Shown here one piece after another: positions 51,839-64,000 of a stretch of 64,000 nt of DNA (position 1 is its first letter; every line of letters begins with the position of its first letter). Under the pieces are notes generated by a model. The model saw only the letters and a program-made list of their open reading frames with translations. It ran no database searches and was not told the DNA's origin. Source of the stretch: Octopus sinensis (Eukaryota); the NCBI RefSeq assembly GCF_006345805.1, contig NC_043002.1:50096001-50160000 (forward strand), written 5' to 3'. The translations under genes and the position numbers were made by a program.

Positions 51839-52447
51839 ATATGTGTTAACAGCTTAAGTAAAGTGAATTGTCTTTAGCAGGGAATTACCAACAGATTGTT
51901 GTTCTTAGCTTTGATGCATCGGCAGTCCTATCGATGTAATAAGCTCAGTCATTCAGTATTTTGTCTTAGATATTAGTCATGTAGATCGTTGTGAGTGATG
52001 GTTGGTGGTGGTAGTGATGGTGGTGTTTTGTTTTGTTTTTATTTTTTGCTCTTTTTTTCTTCTTCATTTCTTTATATTTTCTTTCCTCACAGTTTAAGAA
52101 GTAAAGAGCTTTTTGGGAAAATTAATATTGTTGACATTTAGTCTGAATTGGTCATTGTTATTTTTGTTGTTATGATGACAATGATGCTTATCATCAGCAG
52201 TGGCAACATCAGCAATAATAGCATTAACATCTGTTGAAGGATTATCAGCAACATTATTATTGACATCATCGTCATCATCATCATAAACATAAACATCCTC
52301 TTCTTCCTCTATGCCAAATATAGTTGTACAATTGATTTAGCATCTATCTGTTTCCCTTATTTATAGGTCCTTAATCGAGTACTATAGAGAGTATCTGGCC
52401 TCCCCTAGACACAGGGGTTTTAGTGAAGCCATTTCTGAAATGAAAAA

Positions 52448-52672
52448 TTAACTCTTTAAGCATCCAGAACAATCTATCTTATGCAATGCTTTTTCATTCA
52501 CATTTTAAATTAATCCATGCATTATCTCATAGTTTTGAGATTTCAGTGATATGGTTGTTTATTTTCAGAATGACATTGTTGGGTAGGTATGAGAGGTCAG
52601 ATCTGGTCAATTTGAATGCAAAATAGGTAGAATATTTGGGCCTGATATGGCCAGTTTGAATGCTAAAGGATT
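52448..52672 (-). mobile_element. piggyBac-like MITE, diverged
   Basis: TTAACTCTTT start; GATATGGCCAGTTTGAATGCTAAAGGATT end. Confidence 0.65.
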
Positions 52673-54646
52673 GAGACATGGAGTAAGTGTTGTATGTATC
52701 ATCATTACATTGTAGATAATTTGTGTTATTGTCTCACTGTAGTTTTGTATTGCTCTTGTTTTTTGTTTTTATTTTTAATTTAATTTAACACGGGTGTGGT
52801 TATAGGGAACCAAAGAAGTATTGAACCATCAAGGTGAGAATGATCTAATGACTTCAGATTTCTGAGTCCTATGTTTTTATTATACTATCTTATGCAATAC
52901 TCCCTTAAGGCATATCGTGTAGCAGTTGGAGTAGGCTGCCAGGACAAGATTATAAAGAATTTTTATATTGGTAGCATTTAGGAATCCTTGGGACTGTCCT
53001 CCAGCAAGCCCATTTATGCATTAAAATATGGAAATTGTGGACTATGTAAATATCAGGTTTTTTCCCTTCTTAACCAAGTGAGTGTCATCCTGGAAAATTG
53101 AAAACTTTGAACTTCTAGCTCTAGTTTGGTTGCAAAGGACATTGGAAGGAAAACTAGTTATCAGTGTTTTCATCATGTGACTAGATTTTATTTTTAGGGC
53201 TCTTCACTGCCATAACTTCTGTCTTTTGCAAAGCACTGACATAGCGATGAGACTGTTTATTTACTCAGATCCAGTAGAGAACGAGATGATAACCATATTT
53301 GATGATAGAGTAGCATTTAGGGCATTGATGTTGCATGTCAATGGAGTATATTTCTTCCCTTTCTCCACAAAGTATGCTAGCATCAATATTGCCATTTGGT
53401 TTTCCCACAGAGTGTCCGTAGGTATATTTTTACCTAGCTCTTCCTTCAAGTTATAACACCACTTGGTGTTTGGCAGCAGTGAGAAAGACTGTACTTTGTT
53501 GTGATGGGTCTAATAAGGCTGAAACATGTCAAGAGTTATGATTTTACTGCCACAGATTCACCATACATTACATTGGTTGCATTGTATTTTCATTAATTCT
53601 AACTAAAATTTTGGAAGCTGCTTTCTTTGCCTGTTTTGACCAGTATTGCTAATTAATTTAATAATTACTTTTCCACACACTCTGGGTGTAATTTTAATCA
53701 CTTAAAACTTCTTGGCTAACAATGTTAGGCTTAAATATGTTAACACCACACTTACTGTCTTTATATAGACAACTGCTGTCTGAATTTCTCTTTACTTGTC
53801 CGTCTCTGTCTCTTTGTCTATCTCCTTCTTTTATTATACTCAAACAAGACTTTTTTAATGATATTGTGGATAATGAATAAAGCCTAATTAAAATGTCCTT
53901 TTCTCGAAAATTTATAATTAAAATCAATTCTTGAAGATTCCTGCCAAGTTTGTGTTGTGTCCCAAGAATCAGTCTGTTGACACAAACTTGTGTAGAGGAA
54001 TGGTTATTGAAATGATTAGATCTATTTTATCATAGGTCTGTGACAGTTGTAACCTTCAACATCAGGAATCCTTTGAAAGACAGAGTGATTGAAGAGTCCC
54101 TCCACCCATAACTCTCTTTTTTTTAGATACCCATTACACATAGATAATCTTTTGTAGGTAATCTATAAAAAAATAAAAAATAAAATAATTATGTTTGGCA
54201 CCATTAATTGTTATCTTTAGTTTCTCCAGATGTTTCAACAAGATTCCTTTTGCTTGTTTATCCATTCTTGTAAGCAGAATCATTTAAATAAATTCTATTG
54301 GGATCATATACTACAACAACTGTTATTAGTGAATGTTTTAAACATTCTTATGGGACAATAATCACTCTAATAGGTATGGCATGAAGCAGGGTCTCCCAAA
54401 TCTGCTATCTCATTCCTTAACAACAATGTTAAGAGCACATCTTATGCAACCAACCATCACACTGAACTACGTAAACACATAAGCACACACACATCACAAA
54501 AACACTAGGTTTCACATTGAACATCTCCACAACATATACACAATACATATAAGTGACATAGTGAGAACACAATGGCTATACTTAGAGCAGTACTACATTT
54601 AGTAAAGGGAAAGAAACCAAAAAAAAAAGAATCATATTTAAACAAT

Positions 54647-55030
54647 GCAGGAGTGGTTGTGTGGTAAGTAGCTTGCTAACCAACCACATAGTTCCGGGTT
54701 CAGTCCCACTGCGTGGCACCTTGGGCAAGTGTCTTCTACTATAGCCTCGGGCCGACCAAAGCCTTGTGAGTGGATTTAGTAGAGGGAAACTGAAAGAAGC
54801 CCGTCGTATATATGTATATATATGCGTTTGTGTGTCTGTGTTTGTCCCCTTAGCATTGCTTGACAACTGATGCTGGTGTGTTTATGTCCCCGTTACTTAG
54901 TGGTTCGACAAAAGAGACCGATAGAATAAGTACTGAGCTTACAAAAGAATTAGTCCAGGGGTCGAGTTGCTTGATTAAAGGCAGTGCTCCAGCATGGCCA
55001 CAGTCAAATGACTGAAACAAGTGAAAGAAA
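54647..55030 (+). mobile_element. SINE A, best-preserved copy, flanked by a ~105-bp direct repeat
   Basis: GCAGGAGTGGTTGTGTGGTAAGTAGC..GGGTTCAGTCCC..GGCACCTTGGGCAAGTGTCTTCTACTATAGCCTCGGGCCGACC; flanks 54542-54649 and 55053-55155. Confidence 0.9.
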
Positions 55031-55660
55031 AAAGGAAAAAAAAAAAAAAGAAAATACATATAAGTGACATAGTGACAACACAATGGCTATACTTAGAGCA
55101 GTACTACATTTAATGAAGGGAAAGAAACAAAAACAAAAATCATTTAAACAATGCATGAAATTCATCATGAACTAGAATGACACAACTGAGTACCACTGTT
55201 TGGTTGCTGGCAGTCGGCATGAGTGATAGGACATTCAACCTGTTTTGGTGGCAGTATGCTTTGGTACTTCAGGCAAACACATTTATATATGCACACTCTC
55301 ATAGAAATATACAGACAGGGAGGAGAGAGAGAGAGAGAGAGAGATATTACATATACATCCAAACATAGCGAGATGCTCACACGCATAAACAGTGAGGAAG
55401 TGGGGAGAGAGAGAGAGAGAAAGAGAAGCAGGGAGAACAGGAGAAACATTAAAATCAGAACATTAAAATATGCCTGATGTCAAATAAGTCAGCCTCAAAT
55501 CATTGATGCCATGGCATGAAAAGAGCTGTGCCAAACTGGCTGTGCAAAAATATCACATACCTCTCTGGGCTATGGCAGCCCTACCTAAAGGGTAAAAATA
55601 AGGGTAAAGGCGCCCACTGGTCATGAATGACCCTGGGATTGCACCTAGAAAGTTGCCCTC

Positions 55661-55870
55661 GTTCTAGGCAAGCTGGGTGGAATGCTTAGCGGTATTTTGT
55701 CTACCGTTACATTCTGAGCTCAATTTCCATTGAGGTCGACATTACCTTTCATCCTTTCGGGGTTAATTAAGTACCAGTTACGCGCTGGGGTCGATGTAAT
55801 CGACGTAATCCCTTTGTCTGTCCTTGTTTGTCCCTTTTGTGTTTAACCCCTTGTGGGCAATAAAGAAATA
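55661..55870 (+). mobile_element. 5'-truncated SINE B with 14-bp TSD, nested in another SINE relic
   Basis: AGAAAGTTGCCCTC on both sides. Confidence 0.85.
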
Positions 55871-57020
55871 AGAAAGTTGCCCTCTGAGGCAAGTCCGGGC
55901 AAGGTAGTCTCCCATGCATACCGGCCTCCCCTCTCCATGCCACTGATGTTATTGAAGGGAAAGACAAAGGCTGATACAGCTTGATTTTTTTTTTTTTAGG
56001 CACATGGCCTTTATAAAGAGGGGACACCACAAGGACATATAAAACACGTATCAAATGGACTATGACAAAAAAAATGAGGATGAAATGGCTTACTTGCCCC
56101 ACAAAGCAAGCAGTTTCATTTTACTGTTCTTTTAAATTACAGTTCACTTTACAGTCATTTATCTTTTTTTTTTTTTATTATTAACATACATATACAACAA
56201 ATATTGCATAAGATTGTCGAAAATTACAACAGGCGGCAACTCTTCGTATCTAAACTGAAGTGGTGATACTTCAACTCTTTTTTTTTTTTTCCAAACAGTT
56301 CTACTAATCTCTCCCCTCTTTCTCTCTCCAATAGCACGCCCTTCTTACTTTCTGATTTTGCCATTTTCACTCTGATAACATTTTTCATCTTTGTTAATGT
56401 CTTTTCAATTTCAACACTTTTTACACATTCTACAAGGTTTCATAAATTTCTCCCTGTATGTATCTTTCTCTGATATCTTTCACCACTCTCTTCATTCGAC
56501 ACATATTCCTCTGTCTCAAATTCGCTGTCTCTTTCGTTTTCATTCTTCTGTCATGCTCCTTCTTCCTAACTGATTGAAGGCAATGGTTCCTGTGCTCACG
56601 TTTCACTTGATTTTCCAATTTTCTTCTTTTCTTTTTTGTTCTCTTCCTTGTTTGTTTTTCTTTTTTCCTCCTTGGGGCTTTTAGGTAGTGATTGGAGCAA
56701 TGCGAAATAAAGTGTCTTGCTCAAGTACACAACACATAGCCTGGTCCAGGGATTGAACTCACTACCTCATGATTGTGAGCCTGACTCTCTAACCACGGAG
56801 CCATGTACCTGGGCTCCCAATTTCTCCATGCAACAAACCACAAAGAACAGAAACCTATGCACTTTGCATCCTCTTAAGCTGTAGGCAGGCCACACCTGTA
56901 CACCACCTATTATATATCCAGTGAGGTAAACCTGCTAAAAAAAAAAAGAGGAAAGACCTCATGATATGTGAAGGTCACAATTTGTTGCTGTGTCAAACTT
57001 AAATGTCCGCAGTTACTTAC

Positions 57021-57070
57021 ATGAGCATCTTCAAAACTCCCAAGCATCCAAGTAGATACCTTCTATACTG
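57021..57070 (-). CDS. Candidate 50-nt exon (phase 0-2), QYRRYLLGCLGVLKML
   Basis: Acceptor cattagttttcag, donor CAT|GTAAGT; phase-compatible with the 62674 and 22638 candidates. Confidence 0.25.
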
Positions 57071-57297
57071 CTGAAAACTAATGCAATGTTATCTTAAAAT
57101 ATAGCTACAAAGTGTCCCGGCTTCAACACTGCATACCAAAGTGTACAGTATACTTGTCAGCTAGGTAGAACTATTGAACTAGTTGACCAGAGTCGATTTG
57201 GAGCTAGCTACACTAACAACACCATTGCCATCACTGGCCACAGTGCTACCACAATCTTTCACTATCCATACTGCTACCATTGCTACTACTGCTGCTG

Positions 57298-57346
<49 letters not shown>

Positions 57347-57391
57347 CACCACCACCACCAGCAGCAACAACAACCGAGGAAGCCTCTGCAC

Positions 57392-57786
57392 CAGTGGTTC
57401 TCAACCAGGGTCCATGTAACCCCCTGGGGTCCCATATAAGATTTTTGGGGCTTCACACAAGTGAATTAGTAAATTGGGGATTTGCAGTAATACTTTTAAT
57501 GGTTCATGAAAACTTCTGCTTCAGGTGTATTTATTGTAAAAAAACCCAGCTTAATTACTTTCTTGGGTGATTTTAACATCATTCAACATGTTTCTGACCA
57601 CAGAAATATGTTCTCTCAGTGAGTGCTATTGCAAGCCTACACAAATGAATGGGTGAAAAGCAAAATAGGAATTTTGAGAGAAGTATCTATAAAACTAGTC
57701 TGTTTTATAGATGGGTCCACTATGAGGTCCACCAGAATAAAATAGTAATGAAAGGAAGGGGTTCGTAGGTTAAAAAATGGTCACTC
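57392..57786 (+). mobile_element. hAT(Charlie)-like MITE
   Basis: Starts CAGTGGTTCTCAACC (a typical hAT TIR); related right-end fragments at 15500-15590 and 50730-50795. Confidence 0.5.
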
Positions 57787-58244
57787 AGTCTGCTAGAGAT
57801 AGCTGCTAAATCACCCTCAAAATGTACAAAAGGACACATTAGATAGTGCAGCCCCATCTAAGAAAACAAGACAGGATTGTCATAGTTGGAATGTCTTAGA
57901 TGTGCATAGGTCCACAACCACCACAGCCACTACAACCACCATGAAAACAACAACAACAACGACACTTTATACCCCACTCTTGTTTCAAGTGTTACTGCAA
58001 CCTTCCGCTGCGAACCACTACAGCAAACATCACCACAACAACCAGCGCAAGCACCACTCTAACTTCTACCAATACTGTTCTGTTTACTTCTTGCCTTAAA
58101 TTAAGTGATGATAGTTCTTTGATTGCTTTTGTTTGTTTGTTTGTTTGTTGGCTTGTTAATTATTTCTATTGTTTCCTCTTCTTCTTATAGTCATTGTTTA
58201 TTATTACATTTATAATTAACTTCTTCACTCAGTGCTTGTGTATG

Positions 58245-58262
58245 TACGTGTACATTTGTGTA

Positions 58263-58293
<31 letters not shown>

Positions 58294-58690
58294 TTGTGTG
58301 TATATGTATATATATATTTGTGTGTATATGTATATATATATTTGTGTATATATATATATTTGTGTGTATATGTATATATATATTTGTGTATATATATATA
58401 TTTGTGTGTATATGTATATATATATTTGTGTATATATATATATTTGTGTGTATATGTATATATATATTTGTGTATATATATATATTTGTGTGTATATGTA
58501 TATATATATTTGTGTATATATATATATATTTGTGTGTATATGTATATATATATTTGTGTGTATATGTATATATATATTTGTGTATATATATATATTTGTG
58601 TGTATATGTATATATATATTTGTGTGTATATGTATATATATATTTGTGTGTATATGTATATATATATGTGTGTGTGTGTACATATATACA
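58245..58690. repeat. Higher-order minisatellite of TATATTTGTG(TG)TATATGTATA units
   Basis: Read directly; alternating long and short units. Confidence 0.95.
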
Positions 58691-60004
58691 TATGTATATG
58701 TCATAGTTGTTGGTGAACTCGAACATACACGTACACGTGCGCTTACACTAGCACATGCATGCACGCACTTCCTCCTCCCTCATAAACTATCACCTGCTAT
58801 GAGGAATAAATCTTTGAATATTGAAGAAAAAGGTTACACAAGCATTTAAGCAAGGGTTGGACCTCCACCTCCTCTTCCCTCCCCTCCTCCACACTCTGCA
58901 GTGTAGGTCGTGGGTGGCGGTTTGATGTAGCACTGGAAGGGGTTTTCTGTTTGTTTATTATCGTTGTATTACTGCTGCAGGCTATAGACTGTATGTGTGC
59001 GCGTGTGCATGTGTGTATGTGTCTGTAAATGTGTGTGTGTGTTTTATTGTTGTTGTCGTTGTCGTCATTATTGTTATATAGTATATTATTGTACAGTACT
59101 GCTACCATCACTTGATTTTGAGCTAATTATGAAGTAAATGTATGTAATTAAAACTGATAATTTGCATCTCAAGTTCAAGCACTGATCACCACTGGTAGAA
59201 GATTTAATATCTTAATTATAAAGTCTGTATAGAGTGAAGGTGGTGGTTGTGGTGACAACAGTGGCTGGTTGCAGTGATGGTGGTGGCAGCGGTGGTGGTG
59301 GTGTATGAGTAGAGGTAATGGCTGAAGGTGTTGGTGGTTTGGCGGTGTTGGTCGGTGGTGGTGGTAGGGAAGTGGTCATGTTAGCGAAATTTATGGTGGA
59401 GAATCAAAGTAGGAGTCCTTTTGTTAATTACAACAAATAAAATGTTTGAATGCCACACACAAAAGAACTGCAACAGCAACAACATTTCATTACGACTGCC
59501 GCCACCACCACCGCCTCTGCTGCCAGCACCACCATCACCACTAACACCACCGCGTCTATCTCGTCAAGAAACATAATTAGCTATCTCCCCGCATTAAATA
59601 AGCATAATATTTCATCTGGAATGGTCAAATCAGATGTTCTCATCAAAATCGCTGTTTTGATTTTTGGCTTCCGGTGAAACTGCTTCTCGGGTGAGAACAA
59701 ACCAATGACTGATGCTGTCTCTCTCTCTCTCTCTTTCTATTTAGGTTATTTCTCTATAAGAGCTGACAAGACATTGCTGTAATACAGGGGTTAGAATTTT
59801 TTTCTTTCCTAAACTTTTTCACTGCTTGGTCAAAACAGAGAAGGGTGGTACCCTGGACACCCCTCTGAAGAATCTGAACTTGGAATATGAAGAGCTGAAA
59901 GAAATGCTGCAAAGCAATTTGTCTGATGCACAAATGACTCTGCCAGCTCACAGTCCAATTAAAAACAACGATAATAATAATAATAGTGTTATCATGTACA
60001 TTGT

Positions 60005-60500
60005 TTTGTCTTGGTATAAAAGATGGGCTACAGCAAATATTCTGCTCAGTACCACAGATTTGCTTGTCAGTTGTTTGACCATAACCAGTTGAGCATGTCC
60101 CTTAGTGGCTGACAATATGTGCATCTCTAATCACGAGCGGAAGTAGTGGGGGAGCATCATAGCCATGTGTTGAGAGGGATTTTGTGGAGTTTGAATAATT
60201 CACCTCTGGAAACATAGGTGTTTCGTTCAACATCCTTAAACAACCCTTAGTCAAGGACCTTTTGAGCGGGATGGGTTACTCAACCTGAAGAAAATTCTAA
60301 CTGGGCCCCACCTGCAAGGTCATGTGCTGTTTATCTTCATATGGGATCACCATGTCGCGCACATATGGTTGTGATGCATGTGCCTGATGTACCCTTATCA
60401 GATGGGTAGTCATGATGGGTATATTGGGCTTCGTATATTTTACCCCAGTGTCACTTTGATGGCATGAACTGCTCTCTCACTCAATAATAATAATAATAAT
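60005..60500 (+). mobile_element. Retroposon-like dispersed repeat with (AAT)n tail
   Basis: Ends GAACTGCTCTCTCACTCAATAATAATAAT; single copy here, so the repeat call is inference. Confidence 0.4.
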
Positions 60501-60509
60501 AATAATAGT

Positions 60510-61043
60510 TTAAAATTTTTCGCTGAAAGCTTGTAATTTTGGGGAAACAATTTAGCTCAGTACTTAACTGGTACTTATTTTATCAACCCCAAAAGGATGA
60601 AAGGCAATGTCGACTTCAGTGGAATTTGAACTAAGAATGTAATGATGCACAAAATGCCACTAAGCATTTTGTCCAGCATCCTACTGATTCTGCCAGCTTG
60701 CCACCTTAATAATAATAATAATAATAATTTGAAATTTTGCCACAAGGGCAGCCATTTTGGGAGAGAGGATGTGTCGATTACATCGACCCTAGTACTCAAC
60801 TGGTACTTGATTTAAGGAAAAGTCAACCTTGGCAGAATTTGAACTCAGAACATGAAGGCAGACAAAATACTGCTAAACCTTTTGCCAAACATGCTAACAA
60901 TTCTGCCTGCTTGTCACCTTAATAATGATTTCAAATTTTGACTCAAGGCTGGTCATTCTGAGGAGAGAGAGAGAGAGTGTTAGTCAATTAAATTGAATTC
61001 AGTGCCTGACCAGTACTTTATATTATTGAGCCTTGGTGGTCGT

Positions 61044-61085
<42 letters not shown>

Positions 61086-61570
61086 AAAGTCAACTACAGT
61101 AGGATTCGAAAGCAGAGCATACTGCATCTGGACGAATACCACAAAGTATTTTGACCAACGCTGTAATGATTCAGCCAGCTCACCACTTTTGTAATTACTT
61201 CTAATTAAAATCATGAGGCCAATAATTTTGTGGGGGGGGGGTTAGTTGATTACAACGAGCACCAGTAATTGATCGGTTATTTTGTAAACCCTTGAAGAGT
61301 GAGAAGCGAATTTAACCATGGCAGGATTTGAACTCAGAATCGAAAGATTTGGAAGAAATGCTGTAAAGTACAATTCTGCAACTCTACTGCCATAGTAATG
61401 GCTTCTAAGAGACACCAGCACTTAACGGGTACTTTTAATTTATCAATTTTAGAAGGATAAAAAGGCAAGGTTAGCCTTGTCAGGATTTGAACTCAGAGCA
61501 TAGAAAGCCAGACAAAAATACTGCAAAGCATTTTTGTCCAATGCTCTATAACAATTCTGCCAATCCATTG
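60510..61570 (-). mobile_element. Array of about five progressively diverged SINE B copies
   Basis: Repeated GA(A/T)TT(T/C)GAA(C/A)..AGA..GAAAT.C..C.AAG.ATTTTG..CA..ATTC.GCC modules separated by AAT tracts. Confidence 0.75.
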
Positions 61571-62673
61571 CATTCCACAATAACATCAACAGTGACAATG
61601 GCAACATGTAAAATGCAAAGAAAGCTATTCCGTATCCTGCACCTGCATCCAAAATAAATAATTGAACAGATGAAGAGAAGTATTCTCCAATGTTTGTCTT
61701 AGTTCTGTGAAATCTCTCAACCTCCTACTTCTCGGAGTCTTCTGCACCTCCAAACTGTCATGCCTCCCCACCCTTCCACTTTCCTCGTTGTCGGTGCCAC
61801 CATATATGTTCCAATAACTCTAGTTGTACACATGTATGCTCACACACATGTTGGAAAATGGGGAAAATGAAAAAAAAAAAAAAAAAAAATTCAATTTCAT
61901 TTAATCCCTTGTCTCAGATTCTGGAGGTTTCTGGCCGCAGTCACATAAGCCCTCATTGGCCACTACTGTCATTTGCAACATGCATTCATCTATATTCTTC
62001 CCTGCCTCTGTCTGTCTGTCTCTTTCTCTCTCAACCCCCCCCCCCCCCCCCCTTTCTCTCTCTTTCTCTCTTTAGCCTTTGGAATCTTAGAATGTTTTTA
62101 CCATATCTTCTTCTGCTTTCAGCTTCAGCAAAGTCTTTTTCACTATCTCTGCCGTTTTCGGTCTGTCTTTCTTTCCTTGGTTTCTTGCTTTTACATGCAG
62201 CCCTCCTTCTTTCGCTGTCTCGCTCTTTCTTCTTGAATGGTAAAATCACTATGTCTTTCTCCTCCTCTGTCGCCGCCTCCTTCCACCACCACCACCGCCA
62301 TTCTTCCCTGCACATGCACTTTCCCACCCAGCCGCACCCCTTCCTCCCCTCCTACCCTGTCCACTTTGCAGCAGAATCTGTTTGCTGTCTCACAGTAAAC
62401 GTGTAAACAAATCAGATCACAAGTTAGTGTACAAATGAGGATGAGGGTGAGAGAAGACAATGTGGTGGTTGCAACCAGATGACTGACACCAGAGAGAAAA
62501 GGGAGAGAGGGGCTGGGGGGTAATGGGAGAAGGTAGAGGGTACAAAGTGTGTGTGTGTGTGTGTGTGCACATACAGGCATTGTCTGAATGTTAGTCCATT
62601 TTTAAAGTGGGTAGAGTCCTTGAGCAAACATGATATTGCGGTGCTCCGCCTTCTCTTGTACTTCCTAACTTAC

Positions 62674-62707
62674 CCGCTCTTTAATCATTCTCTCCACCAA
62701 AGCATGT
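62674..62707 (-). CDS. Candidate 34-nt exon, possibly holding the start codon (MIKER, ATG at 62688)
   Basis: Acceptor gctttttctctctcaag, strong donor CGG|GTAAGT; a second strong donor AAG|GTAAGG lies upstream (exon end 62818). Confidence 0.3.
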
Positions 62708-63578
62708 CTTGAGAGAGAAAAAGCTGTGCTGTTCCCATCCACCTGCCTGCCTGCCCCCCCCCCCAGCTTGCCCACCTGCCTCTTTGCTCCTCCGGCACAC
62801 CACCCATACCACCTTACCTTAACGTTGTGCCTTATCGCACCTTCTGCCCTCCACTTCCTCGCCCACTGCACAAATCACTCAAGTCATTCACAAAGTGTTG
62901 GCAAGGACCTTCCTCGCTGCATCTTGTAAATTCTCAACACAAATGTACACACACACACACACACACATACACACACGTACATACATGTGCAATGCACACC
63001 ACATACATACACACATATAAATCACCCCTTGGTGCATTCCTCAAATGCTAGAACGGAACAGTTGCCAGCAGGTATGGGGCTTCTTTTATCTGGGCTTCCA
63101 TAGCAAACATGCCAATCAAAAGATCAACCAGGCACTCTCATTCACATACTCTCTTACCCTATGCCTTTCTCTGTATATCTCTCACTCCCTCTCTCTCACC
63201 CCTCTCACTTAACTATCAATATATGCTGAGGAGGTTTGTGAATTGTTGGTGGGTTCACTGGCTGGTTTTCTGGCTGGCTCTCTGAGCACACAGAATCCAT
63301 GCGCACGCACACAAACACTGTTGCATGAACATATGCAGTCTTATGCTTTACATTCTCTTCTCCTTGTCTTTCTCACTCTCTTCTTCGCTGTCTCTTTGCA
63401 TAATGATGTGTGCGTATGTGCGCTTGCGTGTGCATTCAAACATATGTCATATAGTTAAATGTTCATTAGCATATGTTAAACAAATATATGCACGTGTATG
63501 TATGTGTGTATATAGATATATATATATTTGTGAGCATGAGTATTTATGTATATATGTGCAGATATATAACTATATAGT

Positions 63579-63609
<31 letters not shown>

Positions 63610-63674
63610 TCATCATTTAATGTCTATTTTACCATACTTGCATGGGTTAGAATTCATTAAAAAAAAATATGAGT

Positions 63675-64000
63675 GCAGGCATAGCTGTGTAGTAGGAAGT
63701 TTGTTTCCCAATCACATGGTTTTGGGTTCAGTCCCACTGCATGCCACCTTCAGCAAGTGTCCTCTACTTGAGCCTCGGGCCGACCAAATTCTTGCGAGTG
63801 AATTTGGTAGAGGGAAACTGAATGAAGCCCATCATTTATATGTGTGTGTGTGTGTGTATGTATGTATATATTTATGTGTGTGAATCTGTGTTTATGTCTT
63901 CGTAACTTAGTGGCTCAGCAAAAGGGACAGGCAGAATAAGTCCTGGGGTCGATTTCTTCAAATAATACCCTTCAAGGTAGTGCTCCAGCATGGCTGCAGT
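63675..64000 (+). mobile_element. SINE A copy running to the window edge
   Basis: GCAGGCATAGCTGTGTAGTAGGAAG..GGGTTCAGTCCC..GGTGCTCC-like tail. Confidence 0.85.

Noticed and set aside
52800-54420. Decayed LINE/Penelope ORF (e.g. YFVEKGKKY, ITVVVVYDPN on the minus strand)
   Set aside because: Only vague resemblance to RT or endonuclease motifs across many stops; cannot be supported without a profile search.
59826-60092. ORF MVKTEKGGTLDTPLKNLNLEYEELKEMLQSNLSDAQMTLPAH
   Set aside because: It looks protein-like, but 59865-59950 aligns to the reverse SINE B head (GAAT.TGAACT..GAA...GAAGAGCTG.AAGAAATGC..C.AAGCA.TTTGTC.GATGC....GA.TCTGCCAGCTCAC).

Overview
Animal DNA, very probably Octopus or a related coleoid (my inference from the SINE families and the extreme microsatellite load; no database was searched). 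It is almost entirely intronic or intergenic. There is no long ORF: nearly all of the supplied ORF track is microsatellite or SINE translation. The window contains several tRNA-headed SINE families (labelled A, B, C and F here), piggyBac-like and hAT-like MITEs, three non-autonomous Helitrons and two RTE-LINE 3' relics. A chain of short, phase-compatible minus-strand exon candidates (62.7, 57.0, 22.6, 14.5 and 4.7 kb) suggests one large unidentified gene spanning the window; this is tentative. The most striking signal is at least three different families of minimal type I hammerhead-ribozyme-like motifs. H1 is a tandem, retrozyme-like unit with a variant CUGUYGA core (38.5, 38.7 and 45.8 kb). 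H2 has a palindromic helix III (13.4 and 46.2 kb). H3 sits in the tail of a hairpin-capped, tRNA-headed SINE (44.3-44.6 kb), which points to SINE-like elements mobilised by Penelope-like retroelements.
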